From positions 1 to 30,295 of the forward strand of contig JBKJSQ010000057.1 of the NCBI GenBank assembly GCA_046594495.1: a stretch of 30,295 nt of DNA. Direction: 5' to 3'. A model generated the notes under the pieces. That model did no database searches and had not been told where the DNA came from. It worked only from the letters and a program-made list of their open reading frames with translations. The translations under genes were made by a program, and so were the position numbers. This document shows, in pieces, positions 16,852-26,549 of the stretch (position 1 is the first letter of the stretch; each line of letters begins with the position of its first letter). The DNA is from Minisyncoccia bacterium (GTDB lineage: Bacteria; Patescibacteriota; Minisyncoccia; Phycocordibacterales; UBA2100).

Positions 16852-18636
16852 TTACGGTTCGAGTGTTATAGAACTGCGCGTGTCTCCGATTACCGTTTGA
16901 CTCGAGGTGCTTGTTTGGAATCCGGATTTGGATACGACAAGCGTGTATCCGCTTCCTCCAGCGAGTGATCGGAAGAAGGATTGTCCGCACGCAGACGAAA
17001 GACTTGTTTGATTGGTGCTCGACGCCGTGAGGGTAATTGTCGCATCAGCGATATAGGATCCGTCGGGGCGGCGCACATCAATGAGCAGTGACTTCGGTGT
17101 ACTCGTTGCCACATACAGTCGCGTAATCTGGGATGAGCCTGGGGAGAGTAGTTCGGGCTGTACGGCACACACTTCTGCAGTTTCGTAACCGCTCATACTC
17201 GACGCATCAATGGTGTATGTATCCCACTCGATTTGCGGCAAAGCTATCTCACCCGAGGCGTTGCTCGTACTTGTGGCATTGTATTTATAAATTGTCGGAC
17301 TATTTCCGATTGTTTTGAGTCCGCGAACGGTAACCGCGAGATTCGGTAAGACTTCGGGACCGTAGTTGTACGATATGCCCCACATATCAATAAGCGGGGT
17401 CTGGCCTCCTGCTTCGGTTGTGAGCGTTGCGCCGATGCGAACCAACGGGTAGGCACTCACAGAAAGACCGGTCAGATTAACTGGAGAGTCCGTAAACCCG
17501 AGAGCGTTTCCTGGTAGTGCACTCTCAGGAATTAAGGTCGGCGTTCCGCCAACCATCGTGTAGAGCGAATAGCGGATATCGGTCTGGGTTGGTGTGGTAT
17601 CGGTCCATGTCAGCGCCATCCAGCGATTCAACAATGTGCTCGTTATATCAGTTGAGAGCACGAATCCACTCGCGGCGTACGGCACGCCGCCTGCAAGCTG
17701 TGCGACGCCACCGGAGACTGTGACATTGCTTGTCGTTGCAATGTACGTATCCGCCGACATAGCATCACTCCACGAGCGCGATTCGATTGCCTTGAATGTT
17801 TGGATTGTTTTATCCGCGAGCACGTCAATCGCAAAGGTATACGAGGTGGTGAGATTATTGGAAACCGTGAGGTGACGAGGATTTGGATTCAGGTTCTGCG
17901 ACGTAACGGTATAGGTGCGCGCCGTCGAGTATCCGGTTTTTGAAACGACGATTTGGTATGCGCTCGATGCCGGCGCGCCGATAAAGGTGATAGAACCGAG
18001 ATTGTTGGTATAGGTGCGAATGGATACCGTGGGAGACGTAGCGGTGTTCGTGATATCAATCTGCGCGTCTTGGAGTGGCGCGTTGTTTGCATCGACCACG
18101 TTAATGGTGAGTATGCCACCGGGGACTGCGGTTTCTATACCTTTCGGTGACATGCGACCGACGGTCTGAATACTGCGCAACACGCGCTTTGTCATCCATG
18201 AAATTTCGACGCGGATGGTTTTGTAATCTGCCACAATTGCATTCGAGTCGGCCCCGCCGCTGCCATCGTTGGGATCATCGGAGTAATATACGAGCGTTCT
18301 GCGCGTATACGGCACACCGTTCAGTGTGATGGTCTCTGTTTGCGGAACGATTCCAGCCGGAATACCGCCGAGCACACCCACCTGCGCATACGACAAACTT
18401 TTTAAATATTCCATGCGCTCATTGGCAAGTGCGATAGCACCCGCGCGCGCCTTGCTGTTGCTAACCACTGCGACTGTCAGCTGAAATGCCGCTGAAATGC
18501 CGAGAAATACCACGAGCATGAGTGCGGTACCCACGATAGTGTCGATAAGCGTAATCCCTGCCTGCGCAGGCCGGCCACGAGTATCAGTTCGTAGTCTATA
18601 GAACGTAGAACCTAGAATTCGTTTTTTTGATTCCAT
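16852..18636 (-). CDS. Large prepilin-type protein (PilV-like N-terminus, beta-sandwich/carboxypeptidase-regulatory-like domains)
   Basis: AG|ITLIDTIVG class III-like signal (Asp at +5), ERMEYLKSLSY, repeated YxIxVSKxGY motifs. Confidence 0.75.
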   Translation of the reverse strand: MESKKRILGSTFYRLRTDTRGRPAQAGITLIDTIVGTALMLVVFLGISAAFQLTVAVVSNSKARAGAIALANERMEYLKSLSYAQVGVLGGIPAGIVPQTETITLNGVPYTRRTLVYYSDDPNDGSGGADSNAIVADYKTIRVEISWMTKRVLRSIQTVGRMSPKGIETAVPGGILTINVVDANNAPLQDAQIDITNTATSPTVSIRTYTNNLGSITFIGAPASSAYQIVVSKTGYSTARTYTVTSQNLNPNPRHLTVSNNLTTSYTFAIDVLADKTIQTFKAIESRSWSDAMSADTYIATTSNVTVSGGVAQLAGGVPYAASGFVLSTDITSTLLNRWMALTWTDTTPTQTDIRYSLYTMVGGTPTLIPESALPGNALGFTDSPVNLTGLSVSAYPLVRIGATLTTEAGGQTPLIDMWGISYNYGPEVLPNLAVTVRGLKTIGNSPTIYKYNATSTSNASGEIALPQIEWDTYTIDASSMSGYETAEVCAVQPELLSPGSSQITRLYVATSTPKSLLIDVRRPDGSYIADATITLTASSTNQTSLSSACGQSFFRSLAGGSGYTLVVSKSGFQTSTSSQTVIGDTRSSITLEP

Positions 18637-18670
18637 GTATTTCTACGTACTACAAACTACGTTCTACGTA
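18588..18670. repeat. Two inverted arrays of CTA-N4 heptamers flanking the prepilin start codon
   Basis: Plus strand ctacgta ctacaaa ctacgtt ctacgta (18643-18670); minus strand ctaggtt ctacgtt ctataga ctacgaa (18615-18588). Confidence 0.7.
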
Positions 18671-19888
18671 CTAAATGTGTTCGGAGAGCTGGTAGATCGG
18701 AGAAATCATCGAGATTGCGAAAAATCCGACCGCCCCGCCGATAAAAAGCATCAGAAACGGTTCGATAATGGTCGACATGTCTTTTGTCTTACGATCGACT
18801 TCGGCCTCATAGTACGCAGCGAGTCGCTTGAGCATCTCTGCTGTCTGGCCGGTCTCCTCACCAACAGCCATCATCTCGCCCACGAACGCCGGATAGAGCT
18901 TTTCGCTGCGAACGAACGTGGCGGAGAGCGGTTCGCCGTCGCCCACTGCTTTGCGCGCCATTCTGAGCGCGTCTTGAAAGTATGAATTTTGCACAACCTC
19001 CTGTGTAATCTCGAGACTCGTAAGCACATCCACTCCGGAACTTGAAAGTGATGCGAGCGTACGCGCCGTACGAGCGGCGTTGACCTCTTTCACCATTTCT
19101 CCAATGATTGGTAGGCGGATTGAAAGCGCGTCGCCAATGCGCTTACCTTGTTTTGTTTTTATCAACAAATATATTCCGGTAATGAGCGCACCCAAAAGCA
19201 CGATCGCACCAACTGTGTTGTTGATGAGAAAATCACTGATACCAATCACGATCTGTGTTGACTGCGGAAGCTCTGCATTCATTTCCTCAAATGTCTGTGC
19301 GAGCGTCGGTACTACTTTGATCATCATGAGTACACCGATACCGAGAATTGCAAAGAGAATGATGGCCGGGTAGAGCATCGCGCCGCGGATCTTTTTTTTG
19401 AGATCATACATGCGTTCCATTTGATCAGACGTGACGGTGAGTGATTGTGACAGGTCACCTCCCTCCTCGCCGGCTCGCACCATCGCAACCATAAGCTTTG
19501 AAAAGACTGTCGGATATTTCGCGAGTGCGATGTGGAGTGCATCACCGCGCCGAACATCGGAGGCGAGCTCGGCAACAGTCGACTTCAGTTTTGCGTTCTT
19601 CGACTGGCGTTCAATAACAGAAAGTGCACGCGCAAGCGACAATCCGGCACCCAGCATCGCGCCGAGGTTACGCGCGAGCAATATCTTGTCGTATTCCTTG
19701 ACGGTGCTGAACTTAGAATTCCAAAAAGACCAGCTGAGTGCACTCGTACTCGTATCTTCGTGTACTGAGATGACGCGCGCACCCTCGCGTCGAATTATCT
19801 GAAAAAGTTCGAACCGATCCGGCGCTTCTGCAACTCCGGTATAGATTTCTCCGTCGTTTTTTTCGGCGGTGTAAGTAAAATGCGCCAT
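18671..19888 (-). CDS. pilC: Type IV pilus inner-membrane platform protein (PilC/GspF family)
   Basis: Two T2SSF repeats: NLGAMLGAGLSLARAL, RAGEEGGDL, YPAII, VGEETG, IEPFLMLFIG. Confidence 0.92.
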   Translation of the reverse strand: MAHFTYTAEKNDGEIYTGVAEAPDRFELFQIIRREGARVISVHEDTSTSALSWSFWNSKFSTVKEYDKILLARNLGAMLGAGLSLARALSVIERQSKNAKLKSTVAELASDVRRGDALHIALAKYPTVFSKLMVAMVRAGEEGGDLSQSLTVTSDQMERMYDLKKKIRGAMLYPAIILFAILGIGVLMMIKVVPTLAQTFEEMNAELPQSTQIVIGISDFLINNTVGAIVLLGALITGIYLLIKTKQGKRIGDALSIRLPIIGEMVKEVNAARTARTLASLSSSGVDVLTSLEITQEVVQNSYFQDALRMARKAVGDGEPLSATFVRSEKLYPAFVGEMMAVGEETGQTAEMLKRLAAYYEAEVDRKTKDMSTIIEPFLMLFIGGAVGFFAISMISPIYQLSEHI

Positions 19889-19983
19889 TCATTCAAGTAT
19901 ACCGTGGCCACACACCGCTGCGGCCACAAAAAATCAGAAACGTGTACATGATACGAGGAGCACGCGGTGGTATCGTTGAGTAC

Positions 19984-20673
19984 ATGAATGCATTTTGGAT
20001 AAAGGTGATCGCAATTGTCGCAATGCTGGTGGATCATGTCGCACTCATATTCTTTCCCGACTCATTTTCACTACAAATCACCGGACGCTTCTCCTTCATA
20101 CTCATCGCATGGCTGATCGCAAACGGCGCGCATTACACTGCCAACATTGAGAAGTACTTCTGGCGGCTCGGAATTTTTGCATTGCTCGCTCAAATTCCAT
20201 ATGAAATGGGTTTCTTTCTCGCCGGACGACATCCGATATTCTTGAACGTCTTGTTTACCCTCCTTCTTGGACTCCTCGCGATTCGGTTTCTGCGGGTTGA
20301 TGGGTTTCGTTTCATTAAGATTGCCGGCGTTCTTACATCTATCGCACTCCCAAGCGTTTTGAATACTGATTATGGGGCGGGCGGAGTGCTCTCTATCGTT
20401 GCGTTTTATATCTTTTTTAATCGACCGCTCCTCCTCGTGGCGAGCCAAGTGTTCATCCACGCGATTCTGACAAACCTGAGCTTCTTTATTGCCCCGGGAT
20501 TCGGCAGCGAATTCGTAATGCATCCACTCGAGGAATACGCGATACTCGCTCTCCCCCTTATTCTCCTCTACAACAAGGCCCACGGATATGCCACAGGCTT
20601 ATTTTTCTATTGGTTCTTTGTGGTGCAAAACTTTGCGGTGCTCTTGCTGAAGATGATCCTCTCGAATCGGTAA
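19984..20673 (+). CDS. TraX-family membrane protein (putative pilin acyltransferase-like)
   Basis: IKVIAIVAMLVDHVA, GRFSF, NVLFTLLLG, TDYGAGG motifs; start 7 nt after TATCGT. Confidence 0.8.
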   Translation: MNAFWIKVIAIVAMLVDHVALIFFPDSFSLQITGRFSFILIAWLIANGAHYTANIEKYFWRLGIFALLAQIPYEMGFFLAGRHPIFLNVLFTLLLGLLAIRFLRVDGFRFIKIAGVLTSIALPSVLNTDYGAGGVLSIVAFYIFFNRPLLLVASQVFIHAILTNLSFFIAPGFGSEFVMHPLEEYAILALPLILLYNKAHGYATGLFFYWFFVVQNFAVLLLKMILSNR

Positions 20674-20692
20674 CCAAAAGTGCAGTTTAGGG

Positions 20693-22423
20693 TTAGTCCG
20701 TAATTACTCGGAGTACTTCTTCGATAGTAGTACTGCCCTGCACGGCCTTGAAGATGCCGTCCTCGCTCATCGTAAGCATGCCTTCTTTTCGCGCCTGATC
20801 ATGAATCTGGTCTCCGCTCGCGCTCCCCATGATGAGCTCTTTGATGGTTGCTGTTACCGGCAAGACTTCGTAAATACCAACGCGCGTTGAATAGCCTGAT
20901 GGCGATGCTCCGTTTTCGTGCGGTTTATAAAACGGTACGTTTTTCCACATCGCATCGTTTTGCACGATTTTTTCATCTTTCAGCGCTTTCAGCACTGTCC
21001 CCTTATCAATAATTTTCTCGAGGTCGGCGTATTGATCTTTCGACAATTCGTACTGTTCTCGGTCGGGAGTGAGTCGACGCACCAAACGCTGACCGATGAT
21101 GACACGCAACGTGGAGACGAGCAGGAATGGCTCGATTCCCATGTCGAGGAGTCGTGCCACTGCTCCTGCGGCGGAATTTGTATGAAGTGTTGAAAGCACT
21201 AAATGACCGGTAAGCGCAGCGTTCACTGCGAGCGCCGCGGTTTCTTTGTCGCGAATTTCGCCTACCATCACGATGTCTGGGTCCTGACGCACCAGAGACC
21301 GAAGTCCGTTTGCAAATGTGAAACCAATTTCGGGACGCACCTGCGTTTGATTGACGCGCGCCATCTGGTATTCAATCGGATCTTCAATTGTAGAAATATT
21401 TACGTCTGGTGTGTTCACGATATCGAGCAGCGTGTAGAGCGTGGTCGATTTACCGGCTCCGGTCGGACCCGTTGTGAGAATCATGCCGGTGGTTTTTCGC
21501 ATTGCATCATGCATGCGCTCAAGACCGGTTCCGTGAAAGCCAATACCCTCGAGCGTGAATCCGGAGATATTATCGCGGAGTAATCGCATAACAATTTTCT
21601 CGCCGAAGTATGTTGGAAGCACGGACACGCGGAACGATACCCGCTCCCCGCCATTGTCGGTACCGAATCGCCCGTCTTGCGGTAAACGCTTTTCATCGAG
21701 CTTCATGCTTGCGAGCACTTTGATGCGTGCCGTAATTGCGGGTGCCGCGTGTTTCGGTAATTCCATCGCATCGTGCAAAATGCCGTCGATACGGTAGCGG
21801 ATGAGGAGCGTTTCTTGCAGTGGTTCGATGTGAATATCGGAAGCGTTCTGGGCATTGGCGTGACGCAACAGCGTATCGACGATGCGGACTGCGGGCACAC
21901 CTTCCGCCATCTTCTTTTCGTCGAGATCGTTGAGCGCCCCGGCGAGCGCCGCAGTTTCACGCTCGATCACATCGCCAAGATTGTCTTTAAGCCCTTGCTG
22001 ATACTGCTTGAGTGCATATTTTACTGATGCAGCATCGGTAAGACGCGCCTGCACCTTTAAATGAGTCTTCTTCTTGATGAAGTCAATCGCGGCCAAGTCG
22101 TCGGTGTCGAGCATCGCAACTTCGAGCTCATCGCCACGATGGTTGTAGGCAATAATGTTGTTGCGGCGCGCAACGGGTTCGGGAATGAGTGAGAGCGTGT
22201 CGTACTTGATTTGTGTGCCGGTAAGCGCAACAAATGGAATGCCGAGAATGTACGCATACGTGCGGCGCAACTCATCTTCACCAATTGCATTTTTTGCAGT
22301 AAGCACTTCACCCACGGTCTGACCGTTCGCTTTTGCTTCCGCTTCCGCAGCATCGAAATCTTTTTGCGAAACAAGGCCGGCGTCGGCAAGAAATGTTTTG
22401 AGGTGTGTCTCGGAGATATACAT
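20693..22423 (-). CDS. pilB: Type IV pilus assembly ATPase (PilB/GspE family)
   Basis: ASDIHIEP, RLPQDGR, Walker A GPTGAGKSTT, TIEDPIEY, RQDPDIVMVGEIRD, GHLVLSTLHTN. Confidence 0.93.
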   Translation of the reverse strand: MYISETHLKTFLADAGLVSQKDFDAAEAEAKANGQTVGEVLTAKNAIGEDELRRTYAYILGIPFVALTGTQIKYDTLSLIPEPVARRNNIIAYNHRGDELEVAMLDTDDLAAIDFIKKKTHLKVQARLTDAASVKYALKQYQQGLKDNLGDVIERETAALAGALNDLDEKKMAEGVPAVRIVDTLLRHANAQNASDIHIEPLQETLLIRYRIDGILHDAMELPKHAAPAITARIKVLASMKLDEKRLPQDGRFGTDNGGERVSFRVSVLPTYFGEKIVMRLLRDNISGFTLEGIGFHGTGLERMHDAMRKTTGMILTTGPTGAGKSTTLYTLLDIVNTPDVNISTIEDPIEYQMARVNQTQVRPEIGFTFANGLRSLVRQDPDIVMVGEIRDKETAALAVNAALTGHLVLSTLHTNSAAGAVARLLDMGIEPFLLVSTLRVIIGQRLVRRLTPDREQYELSKDQYADLEKIIDKGTVLKALKDEKIVQNDAMWKNVPFYKPHENGASPSGYSTRVGIYEVLPVTATIKELIMGSASGDQIHDQARKEGMLTMSEDGIFKAVQGSTTIEEVLRVITD

Positions 22424-22507
22424 ATAACGAACTCATTATATCAGCAGTACAAACAGAACGGCGGACTTGAATCGGTCCGCCGTGGAATGCTCGTCGCGAG
22501 ATAGCGA

Positions 22508-22831
22508 TTATGCGTTTGTTTGTACAAGCGGAGTGATGCATGCCACCAAAATCACTGAAAGAAAAAACGGCATGCCGAGAATAATGAAAAGCGTGTCGCC
22601 CCATTGTCCGTGGTGGTCTCGCGAAGCGTCCCAATTATGCTCACCGTTCATGTAGGTGTCGGCGATGACATATCCGATCTCGGTTTCGTATACACCACAT
22701 CCTTGAAGCAGCCCTAATGCCCCGAGAGACAACGAGACAAGAATTCCAGCAGCAATAATCAGTTGCGGAATGACCTGTATCGGCAAATCGGGTGGTGCCA
22801 AGGGCGCCACACGTACGTCATGTATGCTCAT
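22508..22831 (-). CDS. Hypothetical two-TM protein
   Basis: ORF with two hydrophobic segments; likely start MSIHDV after an AAGG-type SD. Confidence 0.5.
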   Translation of the reverse strand: MSIHDVRVAPLAPPDLPIQVIPQLIIAAGILVSLSLGALGLLQGCGVYETEIGYVIADTYMNGEHNWDASRDHHGQWGDTLFIILGMPFFLSVILVACITPLVQTNA

Positions 22832-22875
22832 GAAAACCTGCCTTTCTCCATGATTTTTAGCACGACAGTACACTC

Positions 22876-22904
22876 TTGACGAGGCACGTTCGCGTCCGTA
22901 TACT
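22876..22904 (+). promoter_or_regulatory. sigma70 promoter of nusA
   Basis: TTGACG (22876-22881), 17 nt spacer, TATACT (22899-22904). Confidence 0.8.
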
Positions 22905-22915
22905 GCCCGCATTAG

Positions 22916-22941
22916 TTCCGCCGCTGGCGGAAACTTTTTTT
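22916..22941 (+). terminator. Terminator/attenuator-like hairpin in the nusA leader
   Basis: ttccgcc-gct-ggcggaa followed by actttttt(t) between the promoter and the ATG. Confidence 0.55.
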
Positions 22942-22953
22942 AAAAGGCATTTA

Positions 22954-22988
22954 CTACAGACTACGTTCTACTAACTACTTACTACTCT
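22954..22988 (+). repeat. Five CTAC-N3 heptamers abutting the nusA start codon
   Basis: ctacaga ctacgtt ctactaa ctactta ctactct ATG. Confidence 0.75.
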
Positions 22989-24332
22989 ATGGCACTCTTT
23001 GACCTCAAATCACTGAATTCAGCTCTTGAAGAGCTCCAGGCTGAGCGCGGCATCACGCGCGAGTCTGTAATTGACGCACTCGCAACAGCCCTCGCTGCCG
23101 CATACCGCCGTGAATACGGGAAGCGCGGTCAGATCATCCGTGCCACGTTCAACCCTGAATCGGGCGACATGGAGTTCCGTCAGGCAAAAATTGTCGTTGA
23201 CGACACGCTCGTTCGTCGCGAAGACGAAGAGGCCAAAGATGACAATGACCACCGTTCACGATTCAATCCGGAACAGCACATCATGCTCGCTGATGCACAG
23301 CGCATTAAGCGCGACGCAGCACTCGACGAAGAAATCTCATTCCCATTGGAAAACCAAGAAGACTTCGGCCGTATCGCAGCGCAGGCTGCAAAGCAGGTCA
23401 TTATGCAAAAAGTACGCGAAGCAGAGCGAGCCTCAATAATCGAGGAATACGGCGAACGAGAAGGAGAGATCGTAACTGGTCACGTGCAACGCTTTGAGCG
23501 CGGCAATCTCTACATCGACCTCGGACGTGCCACTGCCATTCTCCCCTACGATGAACAAATCCCTGGGGAGCGATACCGACAGGGAGAGCGCGTGCGCGCA
23601 CTCTTGCTGCGAGTAGACGAAGGCGTTCGTGGTACGTTCATCCGCCTTTCCCGGTCGCACCCACGCTTTTTGACAAAGCTCTTCGAAACCGAAGTGCCGG
23701 AAATGGCAGCAGGTACCGTAGAAGTGAAGGGCATCGTTCGTGAACCGGGTTCACGCGCAAAGATTGCAGTGCACTCTATTGACGACCACGTGGACCCTGT
23801 TGGCGCACTCGTAGGTCAGCGTGGAGTACGCGTAGCGGTTGTTACCTCTGAACTCGGCGGTGAGAAAATCGACGTGGTGGAGTGGTCGCAGGTTGCAGGC
23901 GACTATGTGAAGGAGGCGCTCAAGCCAGCGCAGGTGCTTTCTATTGAACTCTTCGAAGAAGAAAGTCGCGCAATCGTGCAGGTAGCCGAAGACCAGCAGT
24001 CGCTCGCAATCGGCCGTGGCGGACAAAACGTGCGATTGGCCGCGCGACTCACTGGTTGGAAAATCGATATCCGCTCTATGGGCGGCGAGCAAGTTGCAGC
24101 GGCTGACGCAACAGAACCGGTACAGTCAGTGCCAACGGATGTTGAGAACGTAAGTGCAACCGAAGACACGTTTGCAGAGGCGAAGAAAGACATCTCCGGC
24201 GATGACGACGAGGCCAAGGACGAAGGCGTCGATAATCTCGACCCAGTTGAACAGGATCGCGACGTTGCGGATGAAGTTGTTGAGGAACAGCAGGGCGAAG
24301 AAACAAACGACAAAGAGAAGGACGCGGAGTAA
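22989..24332 (+). CDS. nusA: Transcription termination/antitermination factor NusA
   Basis: FGRIAAQAAKQVIMQKVREAER, S1 domain, REPGSRAKIAV, DPVGALVGQRGVR, LAIGRGGQNVRLAARLTGWKIDI; acidic tail. Confidence 0.96.
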   Translation: MALFDLKSLNSALEELQAERGITRESVIDALATALAAAYRREYGKRGQIIRATFNPESGDMEFRQAKIVVDDTLVRREDEEAKDDNDHRSRFNPEQHIMLADAQRIKRDAALDEEISFPLENQEDFGRIAAQAAKQVIMQKVREAERASIIEEYGEREGEIVTGHVQRFERGNLYIDLGRATAILPYDEQIPGERYRQGERVRALLLRVDEGVRGTFIRLSRSHPRFLTKLFETEVPEMAAGTVEVKGIVREPGSRAKIAVHSIDDHVDPVGALVGQRGVRVAVVTSELGGEKIDVVEWSQVAGDYVKEALKPAQVLSIELFEEESRAIVQVAEDQQSLAIGRGGQNVRLAARLTGWKIDIRSMGGEQVAAADATEPVQSVPTDVENVSATEDTFAEAKKDISGDDDEAKDEGVDNLDPVEQDRDVADEVVEEQQGEETNDKEKDAE

Positions 24333-24345
24333 TGACTACCGTCGG

Positions 24346-24377
24346 CAAAAGAGGCTCTTCAGAGCCTCTTTTGTTTT
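24346..24377 (+). terminator. Intrinsic terminator after nusA
   Basis: caaaagaggctct-tc-agagcctcttttg followed by tttt. Confidence 0.8.
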
Positions 24378-24405
24378 GGAGTAAACTTGTTACACTCTCC
24401 CCTAT

Positions 24406-24942
24406 ATGAATCTTTGGCACGATGTACCGCTCGGCGAAAATGCGCCGGAAGAAATTAATGTAATTATTGAGGTCCCGAAGGGTTCCAACAACAAGTACGA
24501 AATCGATAAGACGACGGGTCTCATTAAACTCGATAGAGCAAATTACTCAGCTGCAGCATTTCCGTATGACTACGGGTTCGTGCCACAAACACTGTGGGAC
24601 GATGGGGATGCGCTCGATGTGATCGTGCTCACTACGTATCCCTTGAATGTGGGTATTTTGGTGTCCGTACGACCTGTCGCGGTCATTGAAATGATCGATA
24701 CCGGAGAAAGCGACTTCAAAGTTATTGCAGTACCGGTCGACGACAAACGTTGGGACGACGTTCAAGACCTCACCGACATCAATTCCCATTCCCTTAAAGA
24801 ATTTCAACACTTCCTCGAGACCTACAAAGCACTCAAGGGAAAGCCCGCTCCAGTTGAAATCAAAAGCATTCAAGGGAAGGCGGCCGCGATCGAAGCAGTC
24901 AAAAAATCCATTGAGATCTACAAAGAGAAGTTTTCCAAATAA
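24406..24942 (+). CDS. ppa: Inorganic pyrophosphatase (family I)
   Basis: IEVPKGSNNKYE, YGFVPQT, DGDALDV, ESDFKVIAV. Confidence 0.95.
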   Translation: MNLWHDVPLGENAPEEINVIIEVPKGSNNKYEIDKTTGLIKLDRANYSAAAFPYDYGFVPQTLWDDGDALDVIVLTTYPLNVGILVSVRPVAVIEMIDTGESDFKVIAVPVDDKRWDDVQDLTDINSHSLKEFQHFLETYKALKGKPAPVEIKSIQGKAAAIEAVKKSIEIYKEKFSK

Positions 24943-24971
24943 CCTTTAGGGGTCACTAACTCCTCGGTTCG

Positions 24972-25003
24972 AAAACAAAAGACGCGTATGCGTCTTTTGT
25001 TTT
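24972..25003. terminator. Intrinsic terminator after ppa
   Basis: aaaacaaaagacgc-gtat-gcgtcttttgtttt. Confidence 0.8.
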
Positions 25004-25090
25004 GTTCGCACTAGTCGCAGGTTGCGCTTCGGAGCAATCCACACCGATGCGCTCCATTATCGCGTCATGCGAGAGGTGTACTATATATGC

Positions 25091-25279
25091 ATGCCACCGA
25101 TCGTTGACAAAGTTCCACATCAACGAGCAACACGCGAGGATGGTGCGGGACCAATAATTGGCGCCATCATTATCGTGATTCTCCTCGTATTTGGCGCGCT
25201 CTATTTTTGGGGTCAGAAACTCAATAAACGCACTCCACCGACCGCCCCGCTCGTACAAAGTCAGATCGTGATTGATTAA
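25091..25279 (+). CDS. Small single-TM protein
   Basis: MPPIVDK...GAGPIIGAIIIVILLVFGALYFWG; start 6 nt after TACTAT. Confidence 0.6.
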   Translation: MPPIVDKVPHQRATREDGAGPIIGAIIIVILLVFGALYFWGQKLNKRTPPTAPLVQSQIVID

Positions 25280-25373
25280 TGGTTGATACAGGCTGGATGC
25301 CTGCCCTGCTCCCTAATATTGGAATCCGATACAAAAACTGTATTTAGTCGTCAATCCGTGCTAAAAATCTCCG

Positions 25374-26522
25374 ATGAATACTGAAAGCAAAAAGGCTGCC
25401 CACTCATTTTTAAATGTGAATATAACCCGCGATTCTGAGCGCTGGGAAACGGAAATTCGCGCGGAAATTCCGGTCGAGGTGCTCACCAAGTACCGCGGAG
25501 TCGCACTCAAGGAGATGCAAAAGACCGCAAAGCTCGATGGCTTCCGTCCCGGCAAGGCACCCGAGGACCGAATTCTCGCAGTCTATGGGGAATCACAGGT
25601 ATTGCGCCGTGCAGTTGAGCACGCAATCGAGAATGAGCTCCCGCTCTTACTCGCATCTGAGAAGCTCCCTATTGTGGAAGCCCCACGAGTAACGACCGAC
25701 ACACCAACGCTCGATAAGCCGGTCACCTTTACCGCACGTGCCGCACTCGCTCCAGAAATTGCACTCGGTGACTACAAATCCGTTGCCAAGAAGCACACTG
25801 ATATCAAGGAAGATACGAGCGTCTCTGACGCTGAGCACACCGAGGCACTCACTCATTTGCGTCGCGAACGTGCGCGCATCGATCGCATCGAGTCTGGCAC
25901 AGAACCGCAAAAGGCAGCTGAGGAAACGAAGGCGCTTGCGGAAACCGACCTTCCAGAGCTCGACGACACGTTCGTGCAGACGCTCGGCTACGAGAACACT
26001 ACTGCGTTCACGACCGCACTTCGCAATAACATCCAAACCGAAAAAGAGATGCGCGCGAGCGAAAAGCGCCGCGCTGGTATCCTCGACGACATGGTGAAGG
26101 GCTCTAAGATATCCTACCCTGTTTCACTTCGCGCATTTGAACTCGACGAAATGGAGGCGCGCTTGAAGGACGACCTCTCGCGCATTGGCCAAACGATCGA
26201 GCAATACCTTGCAGAAACAAAGAAGACTCGTGAAGAGCTCCTTGCAAGCTGGAAGGATGCCGCAGATAAGCGCGCAAAAGTACGTCTTATTCTTTCAGAG
26301 ATTGCACGACAAGAAAATATAAATCCACCAGCTGCGGAGCTAGAACATGAACTCGAGCACGCGCGAGAGCACTATCCAAAAGCGGATCCCGAAAATCTCC
26401 GCGCACACATTTCGCACGCGATGCGTAACGAAATGACACTGCGCTTCCTCGAAGGAAATCCAGAGCCGGTCGGCCACACCGCTTCGAGTCACGGAGGGCA
26501 AGCCGCCCACGCTCACAAATAA
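25374..26522 (+). CDS. tig: Trigger factor lacking the FKBP/PPIase domain
   Basis: Ribosome-binding signature LDGFRPGKAP, then a short linker directly into LPELDD and the C-terminal domain; 382 aa. Confidence 0.9.
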   Translation: MNTESKKAAHSFLNVNITRDSERWETEIRAEIPVEVLTKYRGVALKEMQKTAKLDGFRPGKAPEDRILAVYGESQVLRRAVEHAIENELPLLLASEKLPIVEAPRVTTDTPTLDKPVTFTARAALAPEIALGDYKSVAKKHTDIKEDTSVSDAEHTEALTHLRRERARIDRIESGTEPQKAAEETKALAETDLPELDDTFVQTLGYENTTAFTTALRNNIQTEKEMRASEKRRAGILDDMVKGSKISYPVSLRAFELDEMEARLKDDLSRIGQTIEQYLAETKKTREELLASWKDAADKRAKVRLILSEIARQENINPPAAELEHELEHAREHYPKADPENLRAHISHAMRNEMTLRFLEGNPEPVGHTASSHGGQAAHAHK

Positions 26523-26549
26523 GAAAAGGCCCTCACGTACCATTCCTGA

